Positions 27,672 to 32,000 of a stretch of DNA of 32,000 nucleotides are shown here, in pieces. The notes under the pieces were generated by a model. The model saw nothing but the letters and a program-made list of their open reading frames with translations, was not told the origin of the DNA and ran no database searches. Position 1 is the first letter of the stretch, and every line of letters begins with the position of its first letter. The position numbers and the translations under genes are program-made. The DNA is from an uncultured archaeon (GTDB taxonomy: Archaea; Asgardarchaeota; Thorarchaeia; Thorarchaeales; CAZPUN01): positions 48,292 through 80,291 of the forward strand of contig CAZPUN010000039.1 in NCBI GenBank assembly GCA_964589775.1, given 5' to 3'.

Positions 27672-28679
27672 CTAATTATTCTTCTGCTCTATTTTTTTAT
27701 TTTCAATAATTTCTCGTACTTTTTCGTATACATCCTTTGATAAAAATGATTCACCCGGATCCATCTTGCGAACTTCTTCAAAGGATTTCATTGCTTCTTC
27801 ATATCGTTCTAGACATGCTAGTAGGCAAGCATGCGTATCATGATAAGGCGGTCCAATAGGGTCTATCGCTAAAGCTTTAACAGCATAGTCAATTCCTTTT
27901 TCGCATTCCTTCAATTTGTAATAATTCCAAGCGATTCCATTGTATGCACTTGCATCTTTTATGTCGAGCTCAATTAGTCTTTCATAGCAATTAATGGATT
28001 CGTGATATCGCTTCAGTCTAGTTAAGGTATATGCTTTTGCACGAAGCGCGTCTTTGTTTTGCGGATCCATCTCGATTGCGCGGTCAAATTCGGTAATTGC
28101 ATCATTTAGCATTGCCATACGGCGAAGTATTTTACCGATTCTATGATGCAATGCACTGTAGTCTTGAATTTTAGATACACGACGTAATGTTTCCACAGCA
28201 GCACGAGGATCCCCTTTCAGTTCCTCTGCCGTAGCTTTACTTAGCAAAGCTTCAATAAAATCAGGATAGATTTGCAATGCTCTGTTAAACAGATAAATCG
28301 CATCGTCATAACGTCTCAGACGCCCCAATAGAGTACCCTTATTTAGTAATGCGCCTTTATGTCGAGGATCTATCTCAAGAATCTCATCATAAAGCTCTAG
28401 GGCTTTCTTCCTATCTCGAGTCTTACTCAAAGATACTGCCTTATTAAACATCACATCCAATCGGCGTGGATCTATTTTTAGTGCCATGTCATAAATGCCA
28501 ACAGCATCCGTATGACGTCCCATCTTCTCCAGAGCAATGCCAAGATTATTTAATGCTTCAACATCATTAGGATTAGCCTTTACTATTTTTTGAAAAATTC
28601 GCATTGCTTCCAGATAATTTCCATTTAACAGCTCTGTAATTCCAGCATCCATAGGATCGATTTTTCTATCGCTCAACAA
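27672..28679 (-). CDS. Tetratricopeptide repeat protein (about 8-9 TPRs)
   Basis: 34-aa periodic motifs such as ALNNLGIAL...A..IDP and ALLNKGTLL...ALQIYP. Confidence 0.93.
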   Translation of the reverse strand: MLSDRKIDPMDAGITELLNGNYLEAMRIFQKIVKANPNDVEALNNLGIALEKMGRHTDAVGIYDMALKIDPRRLDVMFNKAVSLSKTRDRKKALELYDEILEIDPRHKGALLNKGTLLGRLRRYDDAIYLFNRALQIYPDFIEALLSKATAEELKGDPRAAVETLRRVSKIQDYSALHHRIGKILRRMAMLNDAITEFDRAIEMDPQNKDALRAKAYTLTRLKRYHESINCYERLIELDIKDASAYNGIAWNYYKLKECEKGIDYAVKALAIDPIGPPYHDTHACLLACLERYEEAMKSFEEVRKMDPGESFLSKDVYEKVREIIENKKIEQKNN

Positions 28680-28766
28680 AGTTCACCAATGACAAACTAA
28701 AAGTCTATCATGACTATTCGGAAACAAAGCGTAATAAGTCTATTGAAATAATGAAAAAGAGAAAAA

Positions 28767-31067
28767 TCACACAAATTGAATTTTCAAAATTGCAGGATTC
28801 ATACTTGCACTAAATTCACTAAGATAAAGAACTCCATTGTTAATATTGGGTGTAATTTGATATGAGCTTCCAGAAATAGGATTCATAATAGTAAGAATTA
28901 CATGGGTAGAATTGGAAAGAACATTCAAGTCTATCGAGATATTTATGGAGACACTATAAGTTGTATTGCTCCATATTGGAATATATAATTCTTTATTGCG
29001 ATTTATTAGACATGTATGATAAACAGTACCACTTGAGACATCTATTGTAATTCCGATTTTACTTGTAGAAACAACATTAGACCCGAATATGTCAATTAAG
29101 TTATTAATGGCATAGTAGGCAGGTCTCGGAACATAAGAATAATTAAGAATACCATATGAATAATCACTAGGACGTAAATCATCTACAAGGGAGAAAATTG
29201 TATGCTTTGTAATGTTCAAATGAAAACTCAATAGCATGGAACGAATAATATAGGCTGCTTGTGTATATTCATCAACGCCAGACGGATAAGGATCTGATAC
29301 CTGCCAACCCAATTCGGTTATCCATATATCGGCTTGTGGAGCATATGAATGAACCATGTTTTTAAATGCAGTATATTCTTGAATGTAATTAGAATATTTA
29401 GCTTGCATTTTGAGAACTCCATCTTCAATATAGAAGCTTGGGCCCTCAGGTAGTTCCCCAGACCATAATCTATACGGATGAATACTAACCACATCGACTT
29501 CTTGTGCAATTGTAGGATTCTTTAGTATAGTACTAATGAAATTAAAATCGAATAAAGCTGTAGCACCAAGAAGTACCTTCGCTTCTGGATCTTCAAGATG
29601 TATTGCCTGTGCCGTGCATAAATAGAGATTACCATACGCGGTTGCATTTACTGGAATCCAGAACCCAAAATTAGGCTCATTCCAGACTTCCCAATACTTA
29701 ACATAATTTTTGTAATTATGTACTACGAAACGCGCATAATTTGCAAAAGCACTAACGGCCTCATCGGTTACAGGGGCACCACCACCATCATAAAGTGGAT
29801 TTCCAAGACCTAAAACGCCAATTAGAGTGTATCCACGCGAAATGAGATTATCAATCATCATTGTGGCAACAGGATCAATATTCAGTACACCCTTACTTTT
29901 CTCAAAATAGGTCCATAAAAATCCAATACGTACAAGTTTCAACTTAAAGTTAGACATCAAAGAATTGAATTTATCAAATGTGAAATATGGATTCCGACCT
30001 GCACACGAAGAAACCTTTGGAGCTCCCGCTAAATTAATTCCATTATTTAAGCGAATTTCAACCTCATTCAATTGGAAATAATTGTACGTTTCACCATTAT
30101 AGGCTACATAAGCAGAATACGCCTTACTCGCCAATATTCGCACATATCGTACATGTATTGGCGAGAAAGTAAGTGAAACCGGTTCAGATGATTGTGAATA
30201 GTTTGTATACGATGCAAGTATATTCCATGTAATTGTATCATTAGAGCCAAGAATTTGAAAATTCCTAGGAAAGCCCATCCCATTAATTGATGGGTATAAG
30301 GTAATATTATTTACGAGATATGCGCCGCCTATATCCAGTTGTATCCACTCAGTTGAATTTTCATACATTACCCCAGAAGACCAAATTTGGTCCAAAAAAC
30401 CAGAAACTATACCATCTGTCAGATATCGCCAGTCATGTTGGGAATAAGAAGTAATCAAAACTGACGAGACAAATATGTTTGAATTATTAATTAGAATTTT
30501 ATGAGTTGTATCGAATATGCTTATTTCAGCTATTTGAAAGTAATAATTTGAACCATCATATGTAAGCTCATTTGCAACGATCCGAATGTGTTTTGTAACC
30601 CTATCAATTGTAAATGTATAATCATTTAGATTTGAGCTCGAGAAAGAATGAAAGTCATAAAGGCTTGTCCATGTAAGACCACTATTACTGATTTGAATTT
30701 GAAAAGATGACGGAAAGCAAATGAAATCAGATCTTGGAATGAAGGAAACATTCTTAATATATGTAAGGCGGTCAAATTTAATTTCAACCCATTCATATGC
30801 ATCAGGATTTGTATGAATACGACTTGCCCAAAAAGTGGAGATATCATTGTCATACAGATTTGAAGGGGAAAAATAATCAATTATATTATTTATATCAATA
30901 TAATTCACACCAAAACGACTGCTCAGCGGCATTTTTAAAAACTCAAGTTCATCATTTGTAAAATATTCATTTTCTTTAGGATTTATATTTACGTTTGATG
31001 CATAAAATGTAATAAAGAGTGATAAAAGTATTAAAATAATAAAAATGCCACCATATTTTCGATTCAT
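28767..31067 (-). CDS. Membrane-anchored or secreted clan GH-A glycoside hydrolase (GH39/GH5-like) with two F5/8 type C (CBM32) domains
   Basis: Acid/base WEVWNEPN, SIHPY and nucleophile IWITELGW; discoidin motifs EWVEIKF/EWIQLDIG, FPxxFQI and RYVRI; ATG at 31067 precedes the hydrophobic anchor. Confidence 0.85.
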   Translation of the reverse strand: MNRKYGGIFIILILLSLFITFYASNVNINPKENEYFTNDELEFLKMPLSSRFGVNYIDINNIIDYFSPSNLYDNDISTFWASRIHTNPDAYEWVEIKFDRLTYIKNVSFIPRSDFICFPSSFQIQISNSGLTWTSLYDFHSFSSSNLNDYTFTIDRVTKHIRIVANELTYDGSNYYFQIAEISIFDTTHKILINNSNIFVSSVLITSYSQHDWRYLTDGIVSGFLDQIWSSGVMYENSTEWIQLDIGGAYLVNNITLYPSINGMGFPRNFQILGSNDTITWNILASYTNYSQSSEPVSLTFSPIHVRYVRILASKAYSAYVAYNGETYNYFQLNEVEIRLNNGINLAGAPKVSSCAGRNPYFTFDKFNSLMSNFKLKLVRIGFLWTYFEKSKGVLNIDPVATMMIDNLISRGYTLIGVLGLGNPLYDGGGAPVTDEAVSAFANYARFVVHNYKNYVKYWEVWNEPNFGFWIPVNATAYGNLYLCTAQAIHLEDPEAKVLLGATALFDFNFISTILKNPTIAQEVDVVSIHPYRLWSGELPEGPSFYIEDGVLKMQAKYSNYIQEYTAFKNMVHSYAPQADIWITELGWQVSDPYPSGVDEYTQAAYIIRSMLLSFHLNITKHTIFSLVDDLRPSDYSYGILNYSYVPRPAYYAINNLIDIFGSNVVSTSKIGITIDVSSGTVYHTCLINRNKELYIPIWSNTTYSVSINISIDLNVLSNSTHVILTIMNPISGSSYQITPNINNGVLYLSEFSASMNPAILKIQFV

Positions 31068-31371
31068 TTTTATCTTTAAATAATATAATTTTAATGCATT
31101 ATAAATATTTGGCACATCAGACCCTAACACAGCAATTAATTATTTTTGGAGAATTAAAAGCTATAGGATTTTAAATAGCCAAGAATCATGCATGTTTGAT
31201 GATTATGAATGATTAAAAACCATACAACAAAAAAAATAGTAATAAAAAAATACAATTAGAGAATCAATATTATATAATGAAGAGGAACTAAATAAAATTT
31301 TCGTGCATCAAGTACAAAAAAATCAGAAAACAAAAATTAAGGAGGAAGATATTAGGATTCTCCTCCAAATT

Positions 31372-31614
31372 TTATTCGTCAATTTCTTCGACGTGGATGA
31401 TCTGGACAGGACAGGATTCGGCGGCTTCCTCTACGCAATCCTTGAAGTCAATTGGTACAATACCTTCGCCGACATTACCGTTTACACGGTATTCCTCAGC
31501 AATTGCAGAAAGGTCCTCATCATCCATGATAAATACATCAGGACAGATTGAGGCACAGACTGAGTCTGAGACACACTCATCACGGTCGATTGTGATCTTT
31601 AATTTCTTGACCAT
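31372..31614 (-). CDS. fdx: Monocluster ferredoxin with an Asp ligand (CxxDxxC)
   Basis: CVSDSVCASICP...CVEEAAESCP; ATG at 31614 with GAGGTG RBS at 31621-31626. Confidence 0.9.
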   Translation of the reverse strand: MVKKLKITIDRDECVSDSVCASICPDVFIMDDEDLSAIAEEYRVNGNVGEGIVPIDFKDCVEEAAESCPVQIIHVEEIDE

Positions 31615-31870
31615 TTTTGACACCTCATACAATTTCAATGAAAGTAGCTTTTTAAATTATTCTACTTTTCATTGAATGCAAATGAATTTCGACAAAATAT
31701 AAATTTAACATTATCGGATTTGCCAAAAATTTTCACTATTACGGTGATAAGGACAAAACAATACAACAAAATAAATATTTTTAAATATAACAAAAATTAA
31801 ACTTTTAATGTATAGAGACAGAAAAAGCACAATTTATGTGCTCTGCTTCTATACTGGGTGAAGTGGATAT

Positions 31871-32000
31871 ATGACGGAAGATATCACAAAAGACAAAGAA
31901 GAAAAAGATGAAGCAATAATTGAAATATCCAATCGAGAACTTTTAGAGATGACAGATTTCTGGGAACTTGCACGACGATATTTTATCACGAACTTTTTTG
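31871..32000 (+). CDS. Probable VIT1/CCC1 (TIGR00267-like) metal transporter, N-terminus, truncated by the window edge
   Basis: MTEDITKDKEE...WELARRYFITNFF resembles the archaeal ARRYFVxNxFDG start; GGGTGA RBS at 31856-31861. Confidence 0.6.
   Translation, partial: MTEDITKDKEEKDEAIIEISNRELLEMTDFWELARRYFITNFF

Noticed and set aside
2651-31675. Remaining short nested or antisense ORFs in the track (e.g. 3441-3737, 9647-10006, 20778-21113, 31397-31675)
   Set aside because: They overlap well-supported genes and carry no recognisable motifs.

Overview
AT-rich archaeal genomic window, judged from GGAGG/GGTGA ribosome-binding sites, archaemetzincin, a PDH2-type proline dehydrogenase operon and a CxxDxxC ferredoxin. 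A two-domain arrestin-fold protein and a PP1-like phosphatase suggest an Asgard-type archaeon (inference). It holds about 29 CDS, mostly metabolic, transport and envelope genes; no rRNA, tRNA, CRISPR array or transposase was found. Main points of interest: (1) a tightly coupled DUF362 / UbiA phosphoribosyltransferase / PHP phosphoesterase / UPF0104 flippase operon that reads like a lipid-linked pentose pathway lacking DprE1/E2; (2) three same-orientation copies of a 38-bp hairpin resembling IS200/IS605 ends, each downstream of a gene, one next to a ~170-nt structured intergenic block; (3) a glycogen-debranching-enzyme homologue with a probable CTG start and many altered active-site motifs; (4) an MFS-like membrane protein fused to a RadA-type helix-hairpin-helix domain; (5) a GH-A hydrolase with apparently permuted CBM32 domains inserted in the barrel; (6) a long hairpin in the leader of a VIT1-like gene. 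All calls come from motif recognition by eye; no searches were run.
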